From NCBI GenBank assembly GCA_965644315.1, contig CBFFRQ010000057.1, positions 248,001-312,000 of the forward strand: a stretch of 64,000 nt of DNA, given 5' to 3'. The notes below the pieces were generated by a model. That model was not told where the DNA came from and did not search any database. It saw nothing but the letters and a program-made list of their open reading frames with translations. A program made the translations under genes and the position numbers. The number at the start of each line of letters is the position of its first letter. The first letter of the stretch is position 1. This DNA comes from Caecitellus pseudoparvulus. Lineage: Eukaryota; Protista; Bigyra: Bicosoecida. Shown here in pieces: positions 11,201-21,849 of the stretch.

Positions 11201-13375
11201 CACACGCCCGTGCGGGAGGGCCTCAACCTGATCCCACTGCAGTATGTGTACGTGCGCACGCGGTGGGAGCTACAGCGCTCCTACACCTCCCAAGCTGCGG
11301 CAGGTGGGCAGGAGCTAGGGGAAGGGTCAACCTCCAACCAGGCGGGAGTGCAGGGGCTTCCTGCGGATGCAGTACGGGCCGGATCCCAGGATGATGGCAG
11401 CGGTAGCCGCAGCGGGCAAGGCACCGCCGCTGCAAGTTCGGCCCACCTGGCGTCACACTACGCCACGCTGGGTCGGGGTGGGGATGGCGGCTTGGCTGCG
11501 TCAGCGCGGGCAGCTGCTGCAAGCGGAGGGGGGCAGATCGGGGGAGGGAGCTCCAACACCCCTGCCAACAAGGGCCTACTGAACATGATGGGGGCTTTGT
11601 TTGCAAGCTTTGGGCGCGGCCGGCGCCCCCCTGCCGTGCCGCAGTCCACCATCCCTGAGGAGGGAGAAGGCGGCGACCAGGGCACAGAAGGTGGCGGGGG
11701 CGGTGTGGCATTCCACCCTGCTCGTGGCTTGGGCGGCATTCACCTGTCAGGGGGATATGCCGCCACCCCACACAGGGGACTCGGGGAGCCCCCCCCACCA
11801 GAAGTGGAGAAGGGCCTCCGGGAGGATGCTGCGTCCATCGGCGGCGGCTCCGTTGCCTCCACATCCCCGGCACTGTCCGGGTTGGGCGGTGGGGACATGC
11901 GCCGTGTGGGCAGTCTGTCAGAGCTGCACGTGCCGACGGGCTCTGCGCCCCTAGTGGCGCCCCTTCCGCCACCCCCTCGTGGCGGCTGCGTGGTGCTGTC
12001 AGAAGCCTCCACCGCCAGCCACATCCTCAACTCCCACATCGTGGTGAACCCCTTCTCCCTGGGGGACCTCGCCTCGTCCATCGACAAGGCACTTTGGATG
12101 CCGGACAGGGAGCGTGCCCTGCGCCAAATGCGCGACTACCTGTATGCCACGCGCAACCCCTCGTACAAGTGGGCACGGCAAATCCTGGTGGATGTCCTGC
12201 ACTCCCGCATGTCTCACGGTGCAGGGCAGTTTGTGGAGATGGAGGCGAGTGAAATGACCACCTTCAGCCGCCGCACGACGCTGGGCGGCAGCCGGGAAGC
12301 CGACGACGCCGCCCCCGCAGCCGCGCTGCAGCAGGACGTGCACACGGTGTCTGGCTCCCCTGCCTTCACACCGGCAGCAGGCGCGCCTGAGCGAGTGCCC
12401 TCCATCACCACGCCTGGCGCCGAGCTGCTGGTGCTGGACAAGCGCGTGCTGCTGACGTCCTTCCGGGATTCTGCCCGCCGAGTCATTTTCCTGGACTGGG
12501 GTGGCACTCTCATCGAGCGGGAGGGCGCTGGGACCTACGTCAAGCACGAGTTCATCGGGCGCACTCGCCGGCGCCGCCTGCCAGCGGGGGTGGTGCAGGC
12601 TCTGACGCGCCTGGCCGCCGACCCGGGCACAGCCCTGTGGGTTGTCACGGGGCTGTCCCCCGATGTCATGGAGAGCTCCCACCTGATGGACATTCCCTCC
12701 CTCAACATCGCCGCGGAGAACGGCGCCATGGTGTCGTTCGCCCACGTGGGGCAGGCAGGCCAGCGTGTCTGGCAGCGGCATGACGGCGACGACAGTGGCT
12801 CCCCCAAGCTCTCAGCCTCAGGCGGCGAGTGGAGCAGCATCAAGGCCGTGGCCCTGGCTCTCATGCGGGAATACCAGTGGCGCGTCAATGGCGCCGTCAT
12901 CCGCACCTCCCCAACCACTGCGGTGTTTGACTTCCGCAACGCCGACCCCGAGTGGGCCCAGGCCCAGGCACGGCACTTGGTGGGGGAGCTCGCCCGGCGG
13001 CTCATCTCCCCCTTGGTGCGAGTGCACATGCGCAAAGGGCGGGTGGAGGTGGTGCTGCGTGGCGCCACGCGGCGGCAGCTGGTACAGCTGGGCTTGCAGC
13101 GGCATGCCGGCGCAGACTTCGTCATGGCCATCGGTGACGACGCGTCGGACGAGGAGATGTTCCAGGAGCTCATGCAGCAGTACGCCGGCGGAGCGGGCGC
13201 TCCTGGCAGTGCCCTGCGCTCCGTCTTCACCATCACTGTTGGCCGCAAGCGCACTGGCGCGAGGCACTTCCTGCCCGATGTGGCACACGTGCAGCTGCTG
13301 CTGGGCGGCATGGCAGAGCTGACACAGTCCATGTCAGCCAGCAACAGCGGCTCATCCTCGCTGGACGCAGAGTGA
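8231..13375 (+). CDS. TPS: CBM20 + trehalose-6-phosphate synthase (GT20) + TPP (HAD) fusion with degenerate catalytic motifs
   Basis: Introns at 8270-8342 and 8524-8648 create an N-terminal CBM20 (GETLVVCGSAPSMGSF...YPLW...RYKYAV...WE). GT20 motifs WTHDYH, ADVIGFHTFNHARHF and REGLNL. HAD region FLDWGGTL, AAENGA and IGDDASDEEMF. Confidence 0.92.
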
Positions 13376-13501
13376 AGCTTGCTGGATAGGCAGGGACATT
13401 TCAATGCACTTAGGCTTGTGCGATGGGTGCCGCACCATGATCGAGCCGTCAGACACCCAGCCCGCGAGCTACTGGACGCGTGATTCCGTGGCAGCCTCGC
13501 G

Positions 13502-16024
13502 ATGGCTGCTCTGCTGCGGCGTTGGGCGCGAGCGATTTCCGCATGCCCGCTTGCCCCGCCTCGCTGCACCGGTGGAAGCCGGCCGATGCCAAGCTGCTTG
13601 CAGAATCCCTGCTTCCCAAGCCACGTGCTTGCACACCTGTCCACCGCGAATTGCGAGGCTCCCCTGTCTCTGACTCAGCTGTCAAGTGCTGTGGCCGCCT
13701 GGCGCAAACAGCGCTGCCCAGCGCTAGACACCGCAACCGCCGCCGCCTGGCTGGACGCCTGCACAGCAAGGCACCACACTCCAGGCGCAATCGTGCAAGA
13801 ACTTGGTGCAGATGGTGCCTTGGAGCTTGTCGAGGGGCTGCATTGCAGTCCGGTATTGCGTCGGGGCCGTGGTCGGGCGGGGCTTCACCGCGTCACAGCA
13901 TTGTTGCAAGCCAGCCTTCACGCTGACAGTGCCGACGCCTTGCACCAAGTGCGGGCACTGCGCCTAGCAGCCACACTAGGGCGAGAACCTGGCGCTAGTG
14001 TTGCTTCGCGGCAGGCGGTGGAGGCGCTGCTGGCCAGTGTTCCGTCGCTGCCGCCGGGTGCCTGTATGGACCTGTTCGCAGCGCTGGCGCACTCGCGAAA
14101 GCTGCATTCACGGTCAATCGGCGCGATCTTCGATCGGTTAGCTGTGGCCCTGCGTGCCTCTGATCAGGGCACGGGGCCTGCTACCGCTGCTCAGGCAGCG
14201 GATTTCCTCAAGGCTGCAGCCATGTTTGGCACGCCAGTGCCAGCGTCGTTGGTGCAGGCAGTGGGGGCGCACTTCTTGCTCCACTTGCCTGAGGACAACT
14301 GCCACCGCCGCTTGGAGCTGCTGGGCCCTACACTCAAGGCATGTGCCGAGCTGGGTGCCCTGCCGCCCGGCATGGTGCCATCCGCCATGGCAGCTGTGGC
14401 TCAAGTGGTCCGTTGTGGGGCCGCAGCTGACGAGTCACAGCCCCTTGCAGCCCTTGCAGACGCAGCTGTGGGGCTTGCCTTGGCTTTTGTGCCGTCACCT
14501 TACCCTGCTCACCCAGCCCCAGCCGCCGAGCAAAGCGTTGGCGAAGGTACGGCGCCAAATCAAGGGGTTCCGGAACACCCCCCCCCAACATGGTCTGTGC
14601 GGCAGTTTCCTGCACTCTCTTTGGACGAGGTGGGAGGCAGTGCGGCTTCTCCTGTGCCTGTGGATGCTGCGTCCAGGGAGACCCCCGCTCCACACATTCA
14701 CCCGCTGGTGTCTGGGCTGCCCGCAACTGCATGCAGTGCAGACCAGGGGGTTCTCAGCTTGCTTGAAGCTACCTGGGTGTACGCAGCCAAGTGTCAGAAC
14801 CTGGGCAGCGCAGACGCCCGCCGTTTGCTGTTCAGCGCAGCCATCGCGGCACCAGGCACCATAGCCCTGCTCGCAGGAGGAGGCAAGGCGACGAGGCTGG
14901 ACGCGGAGCTTCCCTCCCACCCGCCTTTCCTCCAGAGAGCTGCTCATGGTGCCGCACATAGCATGGGAGTCGAAGCCTCCCTGCGCAAGCTTCAAGGCTT
15001 GGGCGCCTTGCGGGCTGGAGACACGGTGGAAGCTTGGCGAGGGGCCGTGTTCGGCCGCCCGCCCGCAGAGTCCCCGCACAGCAGGTGCCAAGCCCAGTGC
15101 GCTTTCCAGCTAGCCACCCTCCTGCGCAAACTGCACAAGTACCAGGTCCAGCGCGACTTCGGCCAGCCGCCTTTGAACATGCGGGCTCCTGTACGCTGCA
15201 GCTGGGCATTGCCTGACGTCCCCGCCGTCGCGGACATTGCTCTGCCTGTGCCCCGTGTGGTGATCATGGTGGATGGGCCACAAGCATTCACCTGTACGCC
15301 ATATGCATGGATGCTGACCATGGCGTGGACAGCTGCAGCCGTGCGCGAGCGCCTGCTGCCCACCTCCGCCCTGGAAGCACACATCCAGGGCGCGGGGTCT
15401 GGGGAGGATGCGCCCCCCTCAGCAATCTCGCCCAAAGCTGGTGCCGTGTCACGGGCCCTGCACCAGGAGTGGGCAAGGCGAGCCCCCCTCTCTCTGCAGT
15501 ACACCTCGTGGCAGGCAGTGTTCCAAGGTGGCAGCGACTCCCTGTGCCCAGCACCGGGGAGCATGGGGCGCGGGGGGGTGCGCCCTGAACAGCACTGGGC
15601 CCCTCCACATCCACCTCTGCCCCTGGTGGATCACATGACTGCAGCAGACCGGGGTGTGCGCTTGATTTACGATGCCACTCGCATGCACCAACAACAAGTG
15701 CCCGTGGCAGACCTCTTGTCATCAGTGGGCATGCCATTCAATGTGGACTTCTTCATGCGGGGCCCCTTGGCTGGGCTGCTGTTGAAGCGGCGGGGAGACA
15801 ACGCACCGCCACCTGCTGCGTTCGCGTCCCAGCACCTACCCCTGCTGCTGTCTCCTACTGCCATCGCACAACACCGGCTGATGGAAGCCGCGGGCTGGAG
15901 GGTGCTCCGTGTCCCTCTTTGGGTGGTGGCCTCACACTTGGCCATCGGGCCACGAGCTGCCGCCGCGTTTGTGCAGGACACGGTGCTGCCAACTGTGCAG
16001 GCACTCGTGCAGGAAACGGCCTGA
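13502..16024 (+). CDS. RAP-domain (FASTK-like) helical-repeat protein, probably organellar RNA processing
   Basis: Single-exon 840-aa ORF with an Ala/Leu-rich helical region. C-terminal VADIALPVPRVVIMVDGPQAF...TAIAQHRLMEAAGWRVLRVPLW matches the RAP consensus. Confidence 0.75.
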   Translation: MAALLRRWARAISACPLAPPRCTGGSRPMPSCLQNPCFPSHVLAHLSTANCEAPLSLTQLSSAVAAWRKQRCPALDTATAAAWLDACTARHHTPGAIVQELGADGALELVEGLHCSPVLRRGRGRAGLHRVTALLQASLHADSADALHQVRALRLAATLGREPGASVASRQAVEALLASVPSLPPGACMDLFAALAHSRKLHSRSIGAIFDRLAVALRASDQGTGPATAAQAADFLKAAAMFGTPVPASLVQAVGAHFLLHLPEDNCHRRLELLGPTLKACAELGALPPGMVPSAMAAVAQVVRCGAAADESQPLAALADAAVGLALAFVPSPYPAHPAPAAEQSVGEGTAPNQGVPEHPPPTWSVRQFPALSLDEVGGSAASPVPVDAASRETPAPHIHPLVSGLPATACSADQGVLSLLEATWVYAAKCQNLGSADARRLLFSAAIAAPGTIALLAGGGKATRLDAELPSHPPFLQRAAHGAAHSMGVEASLRKLQGLGALRAGDTVEAWRGAVFGRPPAESPHSRCQAQCAFQLATLLRKLHKYQVQRDFGQPPLNMRAPVRCSWALPDVPAVADIALPVPRVVIMVDGPQAFTCTPYAWMLTMAWTAAAVRERLLPTSALEAHIQGAGSGEDAPPSAISPKAGAVSRALHQEWARRAPLSLQYTSWQAVFQGGSDSLCPAPGSMGRGGVRPEQHWAPPHPPLPLVDHMTAADRGVRLIYDATRMHQQQVPVADLLSSVGMPFNVDFFMRGPLAGLLLKRRGDNAPPPAAFASQHLPLLLSPTAIAQHRLMEAAGWRVLRVPLWVVASHLAIGPRAAAAFVQDTVLPTVQALVQETA

Positions 16025-16056
16025 GAGGGGCGCACGTGCTGCGCACACGCAATGCA

Positions 16057-17688
16057 TTACACGCCCTCTTTGCCTTCTCCCTGGGCGCTCGCTCGCCGAG
16101 CGCGCACTGCCGCGAGTCCGGAGCCGCCCACGATTGAAGACCGCGTACCGTAGTCGTCCCCTGCCTTGGACTCAGCCACGCCACCGTCATCCCCTTGATC
16201 CTCTCCATCATCCCCATCATCCATGTGCCCTCCAGCGAGCGCTGCCATGGCACGGTCGGCCATGCCATCGCCTGCGCCGGCTGCAGCAGCTGCTGAGACG
16301 GGAGCAGTGCTGTCTGCTGCCCCAGCCATTGCTGCTGCGTGGTGTGGGGTCAGCGACGAAGGAGGCAGGGGTGTGTGGGAACCCTCCGGCACCCCCCCCT
16401 CGTGCAGGATGCTTGGGATAGGCCGCGCTCCCATCTCGATGGTGTACAGGTAGATGGACTCAAATGCACCTGCCACTGCAATAAGGTTCCCCTCCGTGGC
16501 CACGGCGAAGACTGATCCAGGCAGACCCAGGATGGCGCCAACGAGCGGATGCCCAGAGCCCTCAGCTCCGTCAAACACCTTCACACAGTTGCTACCAGAA
16601 CCCCCCGCGACGATGAACGCGCCCTCAGCATCGGAGCTAAAGGCCGCACCGTACACAAGACCATTGGGAGCACGGCTCTGGTACTTGCCGAGCGTGGAGT
16701 GTGCGTCTGACGCAGTGGCGCTGCCATTGAAGTCGCAGGTGGCCAGGCGCTTGCGGGCGCCCAGGTCCCACACCTCCAGGGGGTCTTCTGGGCGCCAAGA
16801 GCCCGCCAGGACGCGGCTGCCCCGCACGTCCAGCGCGTCGCCAGCGATGTGGGGGCCGAACATCTTGCCTTCCGCCTTGCCGCTGCGAGTGTCCCAGATG
16901 CGGACCGTGTTGTCCCAGCCCCCCGTCAAGAGGGTGTGGGCGTCCCCAGGCACCCAGCACGACGCAAAGATGCGGTTGGAGTGCCCAGCTGATGCGGCCA
17001 GCACAGTGCTGCCCATGGTCGCGAGGGGCTCCTTGGTGCTCTCGTCGTACACCCGCACCATGCGATCACGGCCAGCTGTGGCGAAGTGGCTACCGTCAGG
17101 TGAGTACGCTACGGTCAGCACGCTGTTCTCAGGCTCGGTGAAGTGGTGCAGGCGTTTTTGGCCAGGGTAGTGCCAGTGTGTTACGTTGCCTTCACCGTCT
17201 GTGTGTGTGAGGGGGGGGAGGCATGCTTGTTGGAGTGCCTCGCCTGATGCATGGCCTCGGTGCGACAGCAGCAGGTCCATTCACACTCACCTCCCGTGAG
17301 CAGGACATTCTTTGTCGGCAGCTCAGCGGCTGTGGGGCGAAATCGAAGCCCCGTACATGACATGGCATCGGGGGAAGCTGTCCCAAGGCGGTAGGTTGCG
17401 GCCCCCGTCTTGGTGTTGAAGAACTGCAAACGCCAGGAAGCACGCCGCCCGTTCATCAAGCCAGCATCAGACAGGCGCACCACGCCAGGGAAGGCTCACC
17501 TTCACGGTTCCATCGTCGCACCCAGCAGCGAGAAGAGCGCCACCTTCAGTAAAGCGCAACGACATGACATTGCAGCCGATGTCTCTGAGGCAAGCGGGGG
17601 CAGCTGTGTGGCGAGGTCTGGCATCGCGCCGCAAGGGAGGCGTTTTGCGGGCTTACTCGATGTGGAATTCCTTCGAAATCAGTGCCAT
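16057..17688 (-). CDS. WD40-repeat protein
   Basis: Spliced N-terminus MALISKEFHIE|DIGCNVMSLRF...LLAAGCDDGTVK|FFN..., then repeats VAYSPDGSHFATAGRDRMVRVYD, GHSNRIF...LLTGGWDNTVRIWD and FGPHIAGDALD. Acidic tail. Confidence 0.88.
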
Positions 17689-17969
17689 GATGAGAGGCAG
17701 GGGGTGGGGTGCCAGACGACAGACCACAATTGAACTTGGACCTCACAACAGCGCGTCTTGCTCGCGGAACTTCTGCTCGCCTCTCGATGTGTGCGGGCTT
17801 GCCTGTGCCAGTGCCGACAGGGGAAACGGGCGTGAAACGCAACGGCGGTAGTGGAAGCCTTGGGTCCGGAAAAATGCTTCGGGCCTTGACATGCAATGTA
17901 GCTGCGCGTGATGGACAAGAAGTATCTTTATTTTGAGTGCAGCACGGTGCAGGGGAGCCGCTGCCCCTT

Positions 17970-18914
17970 CTAGCGGCTACCGCCTGCCGCAACGGAGCTG
18001 CGTATACTGGACAGCAATGCCTTCGAGTACCAGACGTGAAAGCCCACAATACTCATAAGCATGCGCTCCTCCAGACTCAAGTTTTCCCCGGGATCCTGAC
18101 TGGCCTTGGCAAGGGCGCTCTGTCGCACCAGCGCAGAGCCAAACAGCACCTGAACGTGCTGAGCTGCCGCGTCAGACAGCGGGTCTGAGGCTGCCCGCCA
18201 CTCCTCTGGCACCACACGCTGCCCATTTGCATGCTGCAGGCCAACCCAAGTACGTGTGGCACCTTTCGAGATCTCCTCCCTGGCTGCCAGTAGCACCTGC
18301 TCCGGACGTGACTGCAAAACTTCGAAGCCTCGCCAGCGATCACCGCGATCAAATGCCATGGACTTGAGCGCCTCCGCAGAACTGCGAGCGCCAAGCATCG
18401 ACAGCAACACAGCCTCTACCTTGAAGAGCTGGGTGCCGAACAACATGCCGGCCAAGGCAGGGCCGGGGCTAGCGCTGAACGTGGCGCCAGGCGGGCAAGC
18501 GGCAACAACATCCCCCAGGCGAGCTGAGAAGCCGAAGCAGTCAGTATAGTAGCTTGCCCCCTCCATCAGCACACCATTCCCCAGCATGGCCCACTGGGGA
18601 AGAGGCACATTGCCCACTTCTCCGGGTGCCCCCTCCCACACTGCAGCTGTTGGCGTGGTGGTGGTCGCGGCCGACCCAAGCTTATCTTCGTCTCGCTGCT
18701 TTTCGTGCGCGCTGCACATGCCGCGAGTGATCCCAGCCACGGAAAATGCTTGAACACAGGCGCTCAATGCCATGCTGCGTCGAAATGCCACGGTTGACTT
18801 CTGCTGCACCCCTGAGTGGCGCAGCCAGGTGCTTGCAATACATCTGCTTGCGGAAAAAGCACATTCCGCAGGTTTCCGAGCGCCGCGGCGCAAGCCACCT
18901 GCAACTGCCAGCAT
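17970..18914 (-). CDS. Hypothetical protein resembling an uncharacterised bacterial family, with presequence-like N-terminus
   Basis: Intronless 314-aa ORF filling the space between two genes. Motifs YYTDCF, LFKVE, TRTW, VLFGSALV and GFHVWYSKALL recall small proteobacterial DUF2867-like proteins (from memory). Confidence 0.65.
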   Translation of the reverse strand: MLAVAGGLRRGARKPAECAFSASRCIASTWLRHSGVQQKSTVAFRRSMALSACVQAFSVAGITRGMCSAHEKQRDEDKLGSAATTTTPTAAVWEGAPGEVGNVPLPQWAMLGNGVLMEGASYYTDCFGFSARLGDVVAACPPGATFSASPGPALAGMLFGTQLFKVEAVLLSMLGARSSAEALKSMAFDRGDRWRGFEVLQSRPEQVLLAAREEISKGATRTWVGLQHANGQRVVPEEWRAASDPLSDAAAQHVQVLFGSALVRQSALAKASQDPGENLSLEERMLMSIVGFHVWYSKALLSSIRSSVAAGGSR

Positions 18915-19089
18915 GACGCTTCAGCGCAATTTCCTGAAAAGTAAAAAACTGTATGGTCATGTATGCCCTGGTTTTCGCACCTTTGCAGAGTTGCGTGTGA
19001 GTGATTTGGCAGCGCAGCACAAGTGCTGCAAACCGCAGCCACGTGCGCAACTCCCAATGGGCGTGCCACTCTGAAGCATGCTTCGAAGC

Positions 19090-21636
19090 CTAGCGCAAGG
19101 GCAGTCCCACTGCCTGATGAGCAAAGGCAAGCTCCTGGGCAGCCGCAGTCGCATCAGCATGCCACCCCCCTTCGCCATGGTGTCCGCCATCTCGGGCGAT
19201 GTTGAGCTGGATGATTTGCTGGGAGGGGGGCGCCGTGGTCAAGTCCACCGGCACATCGCACGCCTCACCCAGTCCCTGTGCCAGACGATACTTTGCGGCC
19301 TCCCACGAACTCACGAAAGGGATGCTCGACACTGTGCCGGAATCGTTCGGCATCCATACACGAGCCGGCGCTGGGCGGTGAAAAGCGGTGGGTGAGTGTG
19401 CCTGCCCGCCGCGCAGAGCGGTGACGAAGGACAGCTGGTGCCATGCCGGGGTTCGGGGATCATGCAGAGCCCCTGTCACATGGAAATGCGTGGGGGAAGG
19501 GCTCGCTGGTTGGTCTGCCTGCAGCCGCCGCAGCACTGTTGTGAGTGGACAGTACTCATGGATCAAGGCGCGTGTACCAGGAGGGGCATCTGCCAAGGGG
19601 TCTCCCCACTCCGTGTACTCAGGCACAGTGAGGGGTAGGGAGGGGTCTGACATGGCCCCCAGCACATCCAGGAAGGGGGCGGAGAGAATGACGCCTGCTA
19701 CGGGGTGTGGCTGGTGCGGTGGTGGGCTCTGCAGTGCCAGCCATGCCGCGGGTAGCCCGCCGGCGCTGTGCCCTTTAAGTACTGTCAGATGGGGGGCAGA
19801 GAGCTTATCTCTATGCATGGACTGCACAGCATCTCGCAAGTCCTCCATCGTGTTCAGCTTCTGCAGCTGGCGTCCTGAGTGGTACCAAGCTCGGCCGCGC
19901 TCCCCCCCTCCACGTGCGTGCACAAACGCCACAATCCAGCCGCGCAGCAACCAAGGCATCAAAGCAGGGTCCAAGTGGCTGTCCAAACATGTGCCATACG
20001 CCCCATACACTTGCACCAACATGGGGGCGTGGCTCGCTGAGCCGGCCGCATCCAGCACGCCAGTGCGCCCCACAAGTGTCACAGGTACAGCCACACCAGG
20101 GTCATGGGAGCTTGGCGCATGCAGTTGGCGGGATGTAAGGGCAAAGGCTTCAGATTCGCTTTGCACAAAGCCATCTGAGGTCCAGGTGGAGGGCACTGGA
20201 AGTGGCCGGGTGTGCAGCGTCTGCACATCCGGACTGCTCCCGCCCTCCTCAGGAAGGGACACCTGCACGGACCGCTCTGGCAGGTGGGGAGCAGAGACAT
20301 GCACGAGGCTAGCATGTGCCGAGTAGTCTAGGTTTCCTCCCGGCGTCAAGGCGCCTGTCGTCCCCAGGTCCACCTTGCTCAAACTCACGCCAAGCTCTCC
20401 GCCCACGTGAGGCCGAGTCCAAGGTCCACAACGCAGCTCAGGCGAAGCGGAGCTCAGTCGGCGCCCATACACGAACATGCCGAATTCACTCACATCCACG
20501 TCTTCAACTTCAAAATCCTCATCTGGGCCCAACACTGTGAACCAGTTGGCCCAATCTAGCAGTCGACGAGCCTCGACATCCTCTGGTTCAGCTCGTGGAC
20601 CCGGCGCCTCGATGCCAAGGACATGGTATGTACCAGAACCCCCCACATTGCAAATGGCAAGGAGGTGCCCGTGGGCGTGCTCGATGAAATATTGCACTCC
20701 TGCTTGGCGAGGTGGAAGTGGCAGCAGCGGCCGGCTCGGCCCTGCTGTGAGCCATACTTGGGACTCCAGGCGGCTGTTGGAGTTCAGCGTCACAAAGGAG
20801 CCGTCCTTCGTCCTGGTGACATCCAAGAATAAGCCAGCGTCTGGCTCCCGCAGCACGGGCTCCGGCGCAGGTTGCTGGTGTTGCGCATGCCACTCAAGAA
20901 CTGTGCAGGCACGCCCCAGTTCGTCCAACCTCGTGTACAGAAAGGGGGGAATACCACAGCTCCTGCTATCACCAATGCTGTCAACCTCGTGAGGCAACCA
21001 CGCCATGTTACTGACGCGAGGTAGGACCAGGAGAGACTGACTCTCCCCTGCTCTGCGAATGTGCAGATCGAAGGACTCGTCACCCGTGACGTCCACTGTG
21101 AAACCGATGAAGCCATGGCACGGCGACACCTTGAAATTACCAATGTGAGCATAGTTTGTATCTTGCGCAAGTTTCCCCTCGTCCAGCAGCAGGGTCAGGT
21201 GGGCCCCTGTCAGCTTGTCCGGCACCACAGCTTGTTGGCCTGCCGGGCACGCGCTGGCTTGGGCACGCAAGTACAACGACCCTGCGCCATCACTTGAGCG
21301 GGAGGAAGTGTATAGGTACGGTCCATGCCTTTCAGCCAGCTCAGTCACGCCGTCTTCCTCAGCACACTGTTGCAGCTCGCTCAACAGCCTTTTCTCTAGG
21401 CTTGTGCCAGCTCTTCGTGCGAAGAGGCCCCTTTCCCTTTGCAGCGCTTTCTGAGTCCAGTGGCTCCTCAGATTCCTCTGTCTCTTTACGAATGGAGGCT
21501 CATAGCAATTGTCTCGTGGGCTAGGAAGCTCTGGGGCACGCGTGGTGCTGAACGGGCGCAGAATGAGCGGCGCGTCACAAGCAAGCAATTTCCGCAGCGC
21601 ACTCCGCGCATTTCCTGTCGAGAAGGCGCGCAGCAT
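19090..21636 (-). CDS. ptrB: Oligopeptidase B / prolyl oligopeptidase family S9A, probably mitochondrial
   Basis: 848 aa. Motifs VYGAYG, HARGGGERGRAWY, GHSAGG (Ser), LPLTVPEYTEWGDP, HDPRT (Asp) and GGHHG (His). N-terminus MLRAFSTGNAR. Confidence 0.93.
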   Translation of the reverse strand: MLRAFSTGNARSALRKLLACDAPLILRPFSTTRAPELPSPRDNCYEPPFVKRQRNLRSHWTQKALQRERGLFARRAGTSLEKRLLSELQQCAEEDGVTELAERHGPYLYTSSRSSDGAGSLYLRAQASACPAGQQAVVPDKLTGAHLTLLLDEGKLAQDTNYAHIGNFKVSPCHGFIGFTVDVTGDESFDLHIRRAGESQSLLVLPRVSNMAWLPHEVDSIGDSRSCGIPPFLYTRLDELGRACTVLEWHAQHQQPAPEPVLREPDAGLFLDVTRTKDGSFVTLNSNSRLESQVWLTAGPSRPLLPLPPRQAGVQYFIEHAHGHLLAICNVGGSGTYHVLGIEAPGPRAEPEDVEARRLLDWANWFTVLGPDEDFEVEDVDVSEFGMFVYGRRLSSASPELRCGPWTRPHVGGELGVSLSKVDLGTTGALTPGGNLDYSAHASLVHVSAPHLPERSVQVSLPEEGGSSPDVQTLHTRPLPVPSTWTSDGFVQSESEAFALTSRQLHAPSSHDPGVAVPVTLVGRTGVLDAAGSASHAPMLVQVYGAYGTCLDSHLDPALMPWLLRGWIVAFVHARGGGERGRAWYHSGRQLQKLNTMEDLRDAVQSMHRDKLSAPHLTVLKGHSAGGLPAAWLALQSPPPHQPHPVAGVILSAPFLDVLGAMSDPSLPLTVPEYTEWGDPLADAPPGTRALIHEYCPLTTVLRRLQADQPASPSPTHFHVTGALHDPRTPAWHQLSFVTALRGGQAHSPTAFHRPAPARVWMPNDSGTVSSIPFVSSWEAAKYRLAQGLGEACDVPVDLTTAPPSQQIIQLNIARDGGHHGEGGWHADATAAAQELAFAHQAVGLPLR

Positions 21637-21849
21637 CGTGACAGATTATGTGGGAGTGGATTTCCATCAAGTTCTCCTCCTGCAGTTCCTTGTTTCCTCA
21701 GGATTGGATTACGGGGGCCGGTGCGGTGTATGACCGCGAGTGGCTCCTGCGGCGCAGCAGCGCGGCAGTGAATGCATGTGGACAGTTGTCGGGCGAGACC
21801 CACCGCTATGGAAGACGACAGGGGCGACCGGCGTGCGCCAGGCACACAC

